Below, piece after piece: positions 1 through 12,820 of a DNA stretch of 64,000 bases; positions within the stretch are counted from its first letter, which is position 1, and the number at the start of each line of letters is the position of its first letter. The translations under genes and the position numbers were made by a program. Source of the DNA: Camelus ferus (lineage: Eukaryota); assembly GCF_009834535.1 (NCBI RefSeq), contig NC_045696.1, forward strand, positions 111,168,001 to 111,232,000, read 5' to 3'. The notes under the pieces are model-generated. The model made no database searches, was not told the DNA's origin, and saw only the letters and a list, made by a program, of their open reading frames with translations.

Positions 1-50
1 ATCACGTGTGGCTGTGAGGGGCCCGGGGTGCCTCAGGCACCAAGCCTAAC

Positions 51-125
51 CGATAATCCCGCTGCTTCTCCAGATGATCACCGGGAAGTTTCACCAGGAA
101 GACCTCTCTGGGGCTTTCATATTTA
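51..125 (-). other. Candidate internal exon (75 nt, or running on to the window edge) of the minus-strand gene
   Basis: Minus-strand acceptor ttgttttcag|TAAATATG (AG at 127-126) and possible donor TCG|gttagg (GT at 50-49). The segment retains CpGs and is open in the frame set by the exon-1 ATG. The pyrimidine tract is short. Confidence 0.4.
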
Positions 126-663
126 CTGAAAACAATTTTTTTAAAAATCCCAATTGGCTACTCATCATACTGGCAGCTCCATTTTAACTAACAGTGAGAC
201 TGTGTTAGATGTGTACAACGTGTTTCTTTGGGGTTACAGGATTACTGTCCTTGCCCACCTTGAATATCCTTCAAATACCTATGGCCTTGACACATGGGTG
301 CTCCCAGTATCCCTCAGCCAACTGGCCAGTCTGCTCTGACTCACACAGACTCTCCCTTCTTCACATACGAGCCGGCCAGCCTCCCCCGCAACCCCCCGCC
401 GTGGCCAGGACTATGGTGGAGGAGCCGGTCCCGGTGGCAGTGCTAGGTCCCAGACAGGCGAGTGCCCACCCCAGTCACCCGCCTAGCAGGGCCCCACTCA
501 GCTTCACCCTCCTGTGAAAGATGACAGGAAGTATGGTCTCTGTGGCACATGGCACTGGGGGTTAAATATTTTCAATAGCAACCCACACATCCCCACTTCC
601 CCAGAGGAAAGCATGGCTTCCTTGTGTGATGAATGCCTTATTTTTGTAGAGTAGCCTGCAGCT

Positions 664-830
664 TTCAAAGTGCTTCACGCCCATCACTTTCTTTGATTGT
701 TCAGCATTTCTATGAGGAAAGGGGACATGGTACCTCCATTTTACAGATGAGGAGGTGGATAACTCATCTTGAGGACCAGTCCGATGGACCTAGAATGAGA
801 ATCCATGCTCTCTCACCCCTAGACCAGCGT
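664..830 (-). mobile_element. MIR SINE fragment
   Basis: Core motif ctccattttacagatgagga followed by a degenerate MIR 5' portion. Confidence 0.6.
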
Positions 831-1278
831 CATTTCTATTCTGCTCTGACGCCTGACCCAACTCCTACTTTATACTGTGGCTCTGAATTGCAAATATTTT
901 CGCTCTACACATCCATCCAGGGAGTGCCTGCAGGGAAGCCTAGACTCCCAAAACCATGCTTGTAGACCAGTGTTCACAGGCATGCAAGATTTGAAAATGA
1001 AATAGACCAAGGACGGAGAGAGGGTTGCCCCATGTTGTTGCGCCAGCTACCACCATTATCTCATTAAAGAAGTGACATGTTCACCATAAAAATAGGAAGG
1101 GAAATAGTTTAGAATCAGGGTTTAGCCTTTCCTAAGAAACAACCATTAAAGCAGTTTAGGTCATTCCATTCTTAAAAATATAATTATATTTTTCAATTTA
1201 AATGCAGAAACATTTAAATAATTTTCCTTTATGCTTTGTATATAATTATTAATCGACACAAGTTTGTTGATCTGAGTT

Positions 1279-1328
1279 CATATATATATATGTATATATA
1301 CACACAAATACATGTGTAAATATATATT
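1279..1328. repeat. (TA)n/(CA)n low-complexity microsatellite
   Basis: catatatatatatgtatatatacacaca seen directly. Confidence 0.8.
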
Positions 1329-2716
1329 CAACAACGTAGGGAAAAACCGTTACTCCAATTAACTTCATTTTGATCAATATCATTACCAAATCTCCAGGTT
1401 CATACATTGTTTGGAAATGACACTCTCTGGCGCTTCCTCACGCAGCTTTTTTGACTATTCTGGGCAAAGAAAGAAGTTGGGAATTAATTGTTTCCACGCC
1501 ACCAGCTGCTTTTCTGACCGGCTCTCTCTCTGGAGCGCCAGGAAGGCAGTGGGTAGTTGGCAGAGCATGTGTCTGGCCGTCAGTAGCGAGTGCTGAAGGA
1601 AGGGGGGTGTGGCACCTGGAGCCACGGCAAAGACCCAGGACTGAGGGCATGGCCCTGACGCACAGCCCCACCGCCTCGTCAGCTGCAAGTCGTCGGTCAC
1701 CGTATCGCAGTGCAGACCCGACTGTAAGAATCACTGGCTTTGTTTACGTGCTATGCCTGAAAGACTCTATTTTGTTTTAAGAAAATGACACAAGCAAGTT
1801 TCTACCTGTACTGTCTCTGTCAACCCCTACAGAGATCTGCTTATATGCAAGAGAAATCGGGGAGAACGCTGTGCGGAAGACGTTGTACTAAAGCACACAG
1901 AAAACATACATGACGCACTAGGAAAGACTGAGAGAAGGATTCTTGTCCTTTCTGCCTGTGATACCTCAGGGTGTTTCTAGTTATTTCAAGGCAAGTCATG
2001 GAGCATCAACACAATAAATAGCCAATACAAAACTACTCTGAATCCATTTTAAATTGGATTTGAGCACATGCTCTTCTATACATAGTCAGGAGGGACAATG
2101 GACAGGACTTGGTCCACGTGGACACCCAGGTGTTGGACCTGGTGAGAAGGTTGGGGAGGACATTGTCCCGGGACTGAAGCAGGCATGGGAACATTGCCGG
2201 GTACTGGCAGGCGGGACTCACAGGGCCTATAACACAGTAGAAGGAAGAATAGCCAGAGAGATGGAAATCAGGAAGCAAGGCTGAGGGCACTGCCTCTGTG
2301 TCATCCCACGCCGGGGGACTGGGAACACTGGGTTACTCTCTCCCTTCGGTGTCACAGACTGGGGACAGGCCAGCACTCACTAGTAGGCATGTGCATCCAC
2401 CCTACCCCATCGCACTGCCCCATTGTCTCAAACCCGCCCCCACCCAGCTGAGAAAACCTTAGAGAAGCACATTGTCATTGTACTGTGGCTCAACGCGGGT
2501 GCCAAGTTTTCCTCTCCATCTACAAATTCCACAGTAGCCCCTCCACACAGCTGGGCTGTCATCTCACACAGGGCACATCTAACGGCACAGCACTACGGTC
2601 ACTGCCTGAAATGAACACCTTAGCGTAAGAGAAGTAAAAGACTGTGTAAGCTCTTTTTACATACTTCATGGTCGTTTGTTTAAAGTTATGATTTCTAGAA
2701 AACAATGAAGGGACCC

Positions 2717-3093
2717 AGAAAGAAAAAGATATGATATCACTCATAAGTGGAATCTAAAAAAAAGAAAAAGAGGACCCTAATGAACTCACCTATGAAACAG
2801 AAACAGACTCGCAGACTTAGTAAACAATCCTGTGGTTACTGGGGGAAAAGGGGTGGGAAGGGATAAATTAAGGAGTTTGAGATTTGCGAATGTTAGCCAC
2901 TATCTATGAAAATAGATAAAAAACAAACAAGTTTCTTCTGTATAGCACAGGGAACTATAAGTCAATATCTTGTAATCTTTAATGAAAAAGAATACAAAAA
3001 TGAATATATGTATATATATGCATGACTGGGGACATTGTGCTGTACACCACAAATTGACACGGTGTAACTGACTGTACTTCAATTTAAAAAATA
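2717..3093 (+). mobile_element. L1 3' end, 5'-truncated, young lineage-specific family
   Basis: gatatcactcat..gtggaatctaaaa, gggataaatt..gagtttgagatttgc, tgtatagcacagggaactata, tgtaactgactgtacttcaat and an A-rich tail. Closely similar to the copies at 12335 and 23390. Confidence 0.9.
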
Positions 3094-3409
3094 AGTGAAA
3101 GCAATCTTTGAACATTTTTTTCTTTTGAGTTGATATTTGTATAAAAGGGATTGCTCACCACTACAGCAGACCTTTGTTCGGACAACTCAAGAGCGATCTC
3201 TAAGGTTGATTTCACATGGCAGCATCTCCATATGCTGAGGCTAAAACTGGAATCCCAAGTGCTAGGCGGCTAGGCGAGTGGAACTTTTGTACAGTTGAGC
3301 ATCACTAGCCCGCATCCAGCACCCTCACCTCACGTGCGGTTCTCCCAACCCCACACTGAACTCTATGCTGGTGGTTGCTTTCCACTCTCCTAACCTAAAG
3401 AGGTGGTAA

Positions 3410-3535
3410 CGATGGTTATCTCAATTTTATGCTTGGGGAAACTGAGACACAAAGAGGTCAAGTCACTAGTCTAAGGCCATGTAGTTAGCGAATAGGACAG
3501 GGACTCTGTACCTGGACTCATTAGCTCCTTCCACA
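3410..3535 (-). mobile_element. MIR SINE fragment
   Basis: ggaaactgagacacaaagaggtcaagtcactagtctaaggccatgtagttag resembles the MIR core. Confidence 0.65.
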
Positions 3536-5529
3536 ATAAAGAAACCAGTAAGAAACAAACGGCTTTTGCCTTCAGCTTGTTAATAAAATTTTTGATGCAG
3601 TAATAATTCCTAATCTTTTTATTGCACATGTGATATTTCATGACCCAAATAGCCTGGGAATAGCATTAGCTCCATTTTATAGATTAAAACTCTCAAAGCT
3701 CAGAAAGCAGAAACAATGTGCCCAAGGATATAAGAGACAGAGTGAAAAGGAATTCATAATAATAACATGAATATTCCCTTGTATCACCCACCGTGAACGT
3801 TTAGCAAGCAGAGGAGTAGGAAGGAGCGGACAGGACTCAAAACCAAATCTTTTTAGTTATTTTGGGGTACACATGACTTATTGTAGCTCCGTATTCCAGG
3901 AGACCACTTCCCCCATCCCTCATTACTGAAAGGCAAAGTGATGAAACTGCTTCTCTTCAGAACTGAGCATCCACCAGTAGATGTACATCCTTTCCCAAAC
4001 CACCCCCACTGCTCCTGTGATGAAAGTAACTAACAGCACACACCGGATAAAAATGAATGGGGCAGAGGAGAGAGAAATAATTAGGAAGAGGCACTAAACT
4101 GATGACAAACTCAGTCAGGTACAGAGATACTTGGGAATATTAACTCAAATAATTTACAAAGAGAGAGCTAAGCAAGGTAGGGGTGGGGAGAGCATTTTAT
4201 TAAACTCAAAAAAAAGTAGTTAAAGTTGGAATTTACTGGAGTGGATGAGGAGGGCTCAATCTTTCACTCTGGAAGCCAGTTTCCAACCCTAGGTAACTGA
4301 ACTGAACCAAACCAGACTGAAACAAAATAAGAGAAAATAATTGGCTGGGACAGAGTATCTTTTAGCACAACCTGCTTATGGAAAATCCAAGAAATGATCT
4401 TTCACCAGCAACTGTATGACTTTAAGTCAGATTCAACTTTGGGGAAAGAAAAGTAATGAAGTGTGAAACAGTTTTTCCTTTAGAATGGCAAATAGGAAGC
4501 CTCTTTTATTTTTCAAGTTATTGGTTTGCTGTCTTTAAATAAGAGATTTTACCAAGAGAGTAAATCTTAAAGAGTAAGTATTGAGTAAGAAGTAAAACTT
4601 GAGGTTCAGCTTTAGGACCCTTGGGATCATTGTGGGATAAAAAGGTAAAAATCACCATCTCTTTATTTTAGAAATACTAGTACATTTAGATAATATTTTT
4701 TGCTCCAATGATCAAATCTTTCATTTTCTGGATCTAGCTAAGCCAGTTAAAGTTTGTGAATCCAACTATGGAAGAAGGACCACCCAACAATGTGAGAAAT
4801 TTGCTCGCCCTTAATGAATCATGCTAAATGGGAAAATCAAAGGCAAAGGAGGTGTTCTGGACACACTGACATGATTTGGTGGAAACAGCAGTGACTCTGC
4901 AAGGCACTCATCCCCTCATCACATTTTTGTTTTCATCTTTAAAAGCGTTAAGAACCCCTTTGGAATATCAGCACACCTGTGGACCTTCCGCAAAATAGTT
5001 GAACATTTTAAAATACTCATTGACTGAAAAAAAATAACTAATGGCGGCAAGCTACTCTAAATTTGGTAGCGCTTTTGAATAAATTTGCATTTATGAATCT
5101 CAATGAATAGCATATTTGTATGTTTCCCCAGTGGATGAACGTGTGTGTGTGACATATTACTTTGTTCAATCTACAGACAATGTTTGATGAGCTTGCGATT
5201 TTGAAGACCCTTATAAGTAATCCATGGCTCCCAAGGATTCTTCAGCTGCCAGATGGGAGCTACTGAACATTTTTTCTTCTACTAAAGACTGTGGTCTAAA
5301 AATAGATTTTTGGAAGGTATTCCAGCACATTGTCCAGCAAAGATTTGCAGTCTCTATGCATTGATAAGGAGCCAGAGTATCATACACTGAAATAAACAAT
5401 GCCCATTGCTGAATAAAATAGTTTAGGAAGGTTTATTTCATAAAATTTGCTTTTCTGTGTTTTTCCAAAATTTCAGCAATAATTATTCATCCCTTTTGTA
5501 GTAAAAGCAAACAACATTGCTAAAATTTA

Positions 5530-5947
5530 TGCTGGTGGGAAAGTAGTTTGGTGTAGCCATTATAGAAAACAGCATAGAGTTTCCTCAAAAAACTAAAACT
5601 AGGTTTACTTACCATATGATCCAGAATCCCACTCCTGGGCATATATCCAGAAGAAACTATAATTCAAAAAGATACATGCACCCCCAATGTTCACAGCAGC
5701 ACTATATACAATAGCCAAGACATAGAAACAACCTAAATGTCCATCGACAGATGACTGGATAAAGAAGCTGTGGTATATTTATACAATGAAATACTACTCA
5801 GCCATAAAAAATAATAAAATAATGTCATTTGCAGCAACATGGATGGACCTGGAGATCGTCATTCTAAGTGAAGTAAGCCAGAAAGAGAAAGAAAAAAACC
5901 ATATGATATCACTCATATGTGGAATCTAAACAAAAAAGAAAAGGACC
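5530..5947 (+). mobile_element. L1 fragment covering the ORF2 C-terminus and the start of the 3' UTR
   Basis: accatatgatccagaatcccactcctgggcatatatccag, atttgcagcaacatggatggacctggag and gatatcactcatatgtggaatc are typical of the L1 ORF2 end. Confidence 0.92.
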
Positions 5948-6485
5948 TTTTCATTGCAAAAATCAACCTGTCTTGCTTCTGCTTAAGTCCTTCACCTCAT
6001 TGACTGTTATGGTAGCATCATGGTCCCTAAAACTGTCTGACGCTGCTCACTAAACTCTTTAGCCTCATATCTAACCACTGTGTTGAGTAACCAATTCTAG
6101 ATCTGTCATGGCCCTCCAGAACCATCTTGCTTGCTACTTCTTAGAGGAGTCTAGCTTTTCCCAGAGCACATGCTCTGGACAAAGGCTCCCTAATTCTTCT
6201 AACGGTGTATTCACACAGGGAGAAGGGAAGCTGTCTTGCATCCCCAAGACAAATTACAAAGCCAGCAAATCTATTTTCCTTAGAATTGAACTACCACCCA
6301 GATATGTTCTCATCATCTAGTTCTGTGAAAAGTACAGGTTCAAAATACTGTTCAGGCAGAAATTTAGGATAGGTCCAAAACAATGTCAAGTCCACAAACT
6401 GCACACTGCTGGCGTACTGCAAACTGTTAGTAATCCGATTATCTGTGTGTATGCGTGCACGAGGGGATGCACAGCACCGCCAAGG

Positions 6486-6985
6486 GTGGCAGTGACCACT
6501 ATTATCTCCCAGTTTCCAGTCTCATCTTCCTCCTGGTGAGAGATATTTCATTTTGCCAGGCAGATGACCTCCATAACAAGAATCATACACCTCGGCCTCC
6601 TTGGTGGTTGGGAATGTCCGTGTGACCAAGTTTTGGTTAAAGAGCTATAAAGAGGCAGCATGGTGTGTGTACGTCTTCTTACGAGAGAGAGAGCACACTC
6701 TTCTCTTGCTGCGTTCTGTTACGTGGGATGCGGATGTGATGACCAGAGTATTGTCAGCACTTCTGGACCATAAGGATGTGGATGACAGAACTGTGAGCTC
6801 AGAGGGGCCGAGGTCCCCAAATGAGTAATTTCTGTAGCTTCCATTCCAGCTCTGGATTGCCTACTCTGAATTGTTTCTAGGCAAGAAAAGGCTAAATATT
6901 TACATTCTTTAAGTCTCTGTATTTGCAGGCCAATTTTTTTTCCCGTCTCTGTACTTTCAGCCAAACCTAATCTTATAGGATATAT
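6486..6985 (+). mobile_element. MaLR LTR (MLT1J-like)
   Basis: gtgaccaagttttgg, gggatgcggatgtgatg, ccagctctggattgcctactctga and cagccaaacctaatc resemble MLT1 landmarks. Confidence 0.65.
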
Positions 6986-7439
6986 GGAGCTTTGCGTGAC
7001 AACCAAGCATTTTAGCAGAATACAGAATTAGAACCTGCAATAAACTTAAGAACACACTAAGTTAAGTTAGTGACTATCAACTATTAGTGATCTTTAAGAA
7101 TTCATTTAGAAAGTTAGCATCCTCTTTGAGCCTCCCAAGGGCTTAAAGGCCATGGGATTGGGTATTCCTGTTTAAACTAAGGCTTTTTTTTTTCTTTTTC
7201 TTGGGAATTGGCCTTTAGTAACAGTGAAAAAAAAACTCACAGGAGGAGAATTCTCAGAATTCAAGGCACCCAGTTATTGCTACAAAACTTCCAGTCTTAG
7301 TTTTAAATGTTGTTGCTAGCAAACATTATTAGTGATAACTTTCTCAGCTGGAATTTCTATCTTTGATGAAAATGTTATAGTTGATATATTTCTATTAAAC
7401 CAGCAATTGCTAGCCTATGAAATACCTAATCAGCTGTCT

Positions 7440-7564
7440 TTATTTTTTTGGCAGGGGGTAGGTAATTAGGTTTATTTATTTTTAGAGGAGGCACTGGGGA
7501 TCGAACCCAGGACCTTGAGCATGCTAAGCATGTCGTCTACCACTTGAGCTACACCCTTCTCCCC
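7440..7564 (-). mobile_element. tRNA-Ala-derived SINE (camelid Vic-1 type) with target-site duplication
   Basis: Reverse complement reads gggtgtagctcaagtggtagacgacatgcttagcatgctcaaggtcctgggttcgatccccagtgcctcc (A and B boxes). Flanked by taatcagctgtct (7427-7439) and taatcagttgtct (7565-7577). Confidence 0.9.
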
Positions 7565-7577
7565 TAATCAGTTGTCT

Positions 7578-7915
7578 ATAAAACTGTTAAGGTCATGAAA
7601 AACAAGGGAGGATTGAGTTACTGTCACAGACCAGAAGGGATGAGGTGGCGTGACGGCAGAGGCAGTCTGGGTCCTGGACTGGACTCTGGAAAGGAAAAGC
7701 ACATAGTGGAAGACTGGTGGCACCCAAATAAAGTCTGGAATGTGGCTGACAATGATGTGCCAATATTGGAGATGCAACAGTGACAAATAAAAAGAACTAA
7801 TGGACGATGTGAACAGCAGAGGGAACTGGATGATGGTATACAGAAAAATCTCTGCTCCATCTTTACAAGGGTTTTGTATGTCTAAAATTATTCTAAATTT
7901 TAAATTGTTTATAAA
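7578..7915 (+). mobile_element. Old L1 3' end (L1MC/ME-like)
   Basis: gtcatgaaaaacaagggaggattgagttactgtcacagaccaga, ggtcctggactggactctgga and gtctaaaattattctaaa. Confidence 0.75.
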
Positions 7916-10900
7916 AACAGCAATATCTATTGCTAAGTAGCCAGGAGGATTTGTCGAGATAATCGGTAGAAAGGCTTGTAGAAGGAAGCCAATCAATGTT
8001 AATACACTTTCTCCCAAGGAAACCTTTAAAATCCACCCCCCACTCTGGGCCTTCTGTTATCAGATAAATTCTGTGACAGGTACTTCTGTCTGGGCGTGGC
8101 TGAAAAACTTAACCTCTTGCCATAAACTTTTGTGAATCTGAAGATGGCTGTATGTTTTCCTGCCCTTTCTTGAAGGCTTGTTTCTCTGTAGTCTTTTCCA
8201 TTTCTACACATATGACTAGATTTAGGATCCAAATCATAGGAACTGCTCTCACAAAGGCATCGCACGGTAAGCTTCTTAAGGACAAAGTTCCCCTTTTCCC
8301 ATGGCTCTCCCTCCTCCTCTCTCTCTCCCAAGGTTTTAAACTGAGTAGGTTCTCAGGTTGTCTCTGTTAAATTGATTTAAATTAATGAACACAAAGCATA
8401 GTGTAAGGTCTGTTTCATGATTTTTGAATCATTTATTACCTTTGCAAGCACTCCAGCATGATGTCAGATTTAATTACAACACTAACCTTTTGCGCTGTCA
8501 TATTTATTTCAAAGCACCAAGTTAGACAGGTTTTCCAGTATATGAGCTACTCTTATGAACACCAGGTGCCTCCGGGGGTTCTGTGAACTCCTTCAATCAA
8601 GCAGGATAAAACAGCAAAGGAAGTCCTCTCTTAGTAAAATTAAAGCATGCCTTAGTTTTAACCATAATTCCCACAACTGCCAAAAGATTCCTCACAATTT
8701 CCAAAGAATGTCTGGCAAATCAACAAAATGCTTTTTTTTTTTTTTTTTAAATTCTAGGTTCTTTCTTGCTCATTTAGCCAATTTTAGCATCTTGTAATTT
8801 ATTTTTTACATCGTACATTTTTTTATGATTTATTGCCTCAATTCTCTTTCTATACTTATTAGTACTGAACTCTACTCTTTTCTAATAAAAACATTTTGAA
8901 GTTCAGGTAAATTATAATAAAATAACACACAAAGGGTCAGCTGGGAAGAAAAACATCAAAAAGGCAAAGCAATGGCACATCCAGGAAATATTTTTAGCAG
9001 AACTGAAGAGAGGAAGGAAAAAAGATAACTAAAGATGGTAAGAAGAAATAGTTTAGCCAAGTGTGATTTTCAATCACAGCAAAGCGAAGCTCGGTTTGAA
9101 GTTCACACTCAGACAAGTCAGTCCTTCATGAGAGCAGCATGCTTGGAAGCATAGAGAAGGATTCTCCTGGCTGAATTAAGACGGGCAATTCCATAGCAGG
9201 GAGACGAAGTCAAAGACTACAGTGGCAGACTAAGCAAGATATAACAAGGGCCCGAACTGTATGGAACCCAGAAATATTTAGGAGGTGAAACTGGCAGGAC
9301 TTTGACGGAATAAATGTAATAATGACAGGGACCAAGTGAGGCAAGGACCAAAACAGGCTTCTGGCTCGAGTGATGCTTAACTTAGAGTCATAAGTATTTC
9401 CACTTTGCCAGTCTGGAGTTAGGCCGAAAATAATCATGCTGAGAATGGCTCCTGCACCTTGGGAAAGTTAAATACACTAATATTTTAAGTCAAAACTGTT
9501 GGTCTGATTAGCGCTGGTACAGTCACCTAGTCAAAACAAACACGAGGCACAATTAATATTCGAGTCCTTCTGGTTAAACACAATTTAGGCATGATTACTT
9601 TAAATAGAAAGTTTATAAAATTTCCCAGTATTTAAGTCATTAATAAAATTCTAAGTCTTGATAAGAGTAGACGTAGAGACATGGGAAAGTTTACTAGATG
9701 AGGAAACAGTAAAATGAACAGTAATGTAGGGGAAGCAAAAACAGAATCAGTGTGAGCCATCAACCAGCAAACTGCAAAATGAGTCCCACACACTAGTATT
9801 TGGACAGAAGCAAACGCAACACCTAACTGTGGTTCATGAATACTAACCGTTAAATGTTCCCCTCTCCCAGAAGCAGAACTCAATCAGGCCAAATGCTGCC
9901 TGCAGAAAGGGAGAAGCCTGTGGAAATGGCTTGGAAGAGGTTTTGGGCTGATGTCATTGTGCCTGGGGTGGGGGTGGAGGGCTACAATACAACCCAATCT
10001 AGCCTCATCCTCTTGTACGTGATGCACTGGGGGCAAAAATGACAGAATGGCAGAGCCAGCGCAAGCACTCAGTTGCCCTTCTGGCCAAGTGTTCAGTCTC
10101 TTGACTCTCAGAAAGCCCCCCGAGTGACAAAGATGCACACACTCACGTCCCTCCTCCTTTCTGCTCTATGTGACTTCAACAACTTGGCATGCAACATGAG
10201 AGAAACAGCAAAAGGCAAGATCAGTTTCAGGCTCTCCGAAAAATAGTGGAGACGTCAATTGGCCTCATCATCCCACCATCAATCTGAGGAAAGACTTCCG
10301 CTAAAGAATTGGGTAAGAGCAAGAAGCGGTGGGAGAAATCAAGTGATCCACCAAGGTTAGCTGCACACTTTCCAAGGACTCTATAGTTACAGACTCAGAT
10401 CCCAATTTGAAAAAAGCAAAGGGTGGTATTCACACACACGCACGCACGCACACACATGCACAGCTACCTGTCTGTCTTAAGACATAGACAGAAACCAACC
10501 AGCACGGACACTGCCACAGTTACAGCAGAGTTGAGGAGGTGGATGGTCGAGAAATTTCACAGGAGGGGCTGGGGCTGCCAGGGTATGGTGGGAGTGGGAG
10601 GAAGTTAGGGGTGAATGGGGGCCCTTTAAGGGGACCTAGTGGCAGAAAGTATTCATTAATTAGTACCAATGCATTTCAGCATTTCAGCAATTGGTATGCT
10701 GGTCCCATGTCTATCAGATGAATATCAGTCCTAGGAAACAAGGGTATTTTTCTGGTATTAAACTCCCCAAATCCCAGAATGTGGATCACAAGTAGGGCAT
10801 GGCAGAGTTTAAGAACAGTAATGAATATTATTGACTACAATGATGTAGAGGAGGGAAAAAAAAGATAGGAAAGGCGAGCTTTAATATAAACTAAACTAAA

Positions 10901-11389
10901 TGACTTAATTATCCAACTCAAGAGAGGCTAAAGGAAGACTTTCACTGAAAAACCTGAAATTTTTACTTCTTTAAAGGCTGACATGACGGGTTTTCTGGAA
11001 CAGATTAGGGAATGCTGGGGGGATAATGTCAAGGACAAAAGCATTTCTTCAAAGGAGCCACAGGATCCTCAGATAATCACTAGGAGTTTCTGAGGGGTCA
11101 CAGGGGTCTGGAGTTTTAATTCCAAGAAGATAGTTATCAGCACAACTTATCCGAGTAGGATGAGTACCCTCTCTCTTTTCTGAACCTTTTTGCACTTTCC
11201 TGACTTTCCAGCCTTTAAAAAAGCACAGAAACATCAGAGACCAACTTTGCACTCTGATCCTGAGCCCGAGGACTCTAAGAACATCAGGAAATGCAGGGTG
11301 AGAAACTGACAGTGGTTCCATCAACCAAGCTCCAACAGCTTTCACAGTTTGGCACACGCTGATCGTGGATGACCACTGACATAAACAAC

Positions 11390-11770
11390 ACAAAATCATT
11401 GTGTACAAAGGTGTTCATGGCAGCAGTGTGCATGCCAGCAAAGAACTGGGGAAGCATAAATGTTTACTTTAGCAAGTCTGTTAGATAATCAACCTCACAC
11501 CCATTCAGTGTGAGGTTACACAGCCATTAAAATGATGTTTGTAAAAAACTTTATAATCATATACACATATTATATATGTATATATATGGGAGGATATATA
11601 ATTATCTGCATAGTATGATCATAACTAACAACAAAAAAATACCTAAAGTCATAAAAAACCACCACAATACTAACAATATTTGTGGGTGGGAATTGAGATT
11701 TTGAGTGTCCTTTCTTCATCCTCCTATTTACTGGTATTTTCCCAATTTACTTTAAATAAGCATGTATTAA
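11390..11770 (+). mobile_element. Degenerate L1ME-like 3' fragment
   Basis: gtacaaaggtgttcatggcagca, acagccattaaaatgatg and ccacaatactaacaata..gggtgggaattgag. Confidence 0.45.
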
Positions 11771-11942
11771 CGAAATGAATTAAAACCAACAGTGTGTTTT
11801 GGACGAAGTGCAGGTGCTTACACTAATTCTGTAGGTAGTAAATGTGGTCTTCAGAGAGAAAATACTCTTTTGGCTCCATATTAGAAGCCATAACACTTTG
11901 CATGCTCTTCCCGTAAGACCTTCCTCTAAACAAAGGCCAATC

Positions 11943-11969
<27 letters not shown>
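11943..11969. repeat. (TG)n microsatellite
   Basis: Perfect TG run of about 13 units. Confidence 0.95.
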
Positions 11970-11973
<4 letters not shown>

Positions 11974-12254
11974 AGGAGATTTCAACTAAACATGCGCACA
12001 GTTCTGGGGTCAGCATCTCTATGGGCTGATTTGAAACACACTCATAATCTATTCAGAGTGTTTTTGAAAGTGTTCAAATGTCTATGAAGATTTATTGGAG
12101 CTACTAGGACCCCACACGGATTAATAGTAGGTCAAAGAAAAAAATTATATCAAAATTAACTTTTATCTTAACTATCTTATTACTTTTTGAGAAATACATG
12201 ATTTGCTACACATTGTGATAGTATGCCCCCCTCCCCAACACCCCGAGCTCAGTG

Positions 12255-12820
12255 CCATTATCATCTCCATCGTAAGGATAAGGAAACAGAGGCTTAGGCA
12301 ACATGAGTAACTCACTCAGGGTCACACAGCTAAGAATTCTAAGTGAAGTAAGTCAGAAAGAAAAAGAAAAATACCATATGATATCACTTACATGTGGAAT
12401 CTAAAAATTTTTTTAAAAAGACAAATTAACTTATTTACAAAACAGACTCACAGACATAGAAAACAAACTTACGATTACCAGAAGGGAGAAGAGGGTGGGG
12501 AAGGATAAATTGGGAGTTGGAGATTTGCAGATACTAACTACTATATATAAGTGGATAAACCACAAGTTTATACCATATAGCACAGGGAACTCTATTCAAT
12601 ATCTTATAGTAGCCTATAATGAAAAAGAATATGAAAATGAATATACATATGTCTATGTATGACTGAAACATGATGCTGTACACCAGAAACTGACACATTG
12701 TAAACTGACTAAACTTCAGTTAAGGAAAAAAAAAAGAGAAAGAAATGGAAAAACCAGGATTTGAACTGCATACTCTCTGACCTCAGTGTCTGCGTCTCTG
12801 ACCACTACTCTATATTGTCT
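12255..12820 (-). mobile_element. MIR SINE split by an L1 insertion
   Basis: Left half ends actcagggtcacacagctaagaa (about 12335). Right half resumes atggaaaaaccaggatttgaact..ctgacctcagtgtctgcgtctctgaccactac (about 12743-12820). Confidence 0.75.
12336..12742 (+). mobile_element. L1 3' end, young family, with A tail
   Basis: attctaagtgaagtaagtcagaaag through ttgtaaactgactaaacttcagtt, then poly(A). Same family as the copies at 2717 and 23390. Confidence 0.92.

Noticed and set aside
23..33. 11-mer ccggggtgcct shared with exon 1 (46223-46233)
   Set aside because: A short GC-rich match noticed after the fact, with no extended similarity.
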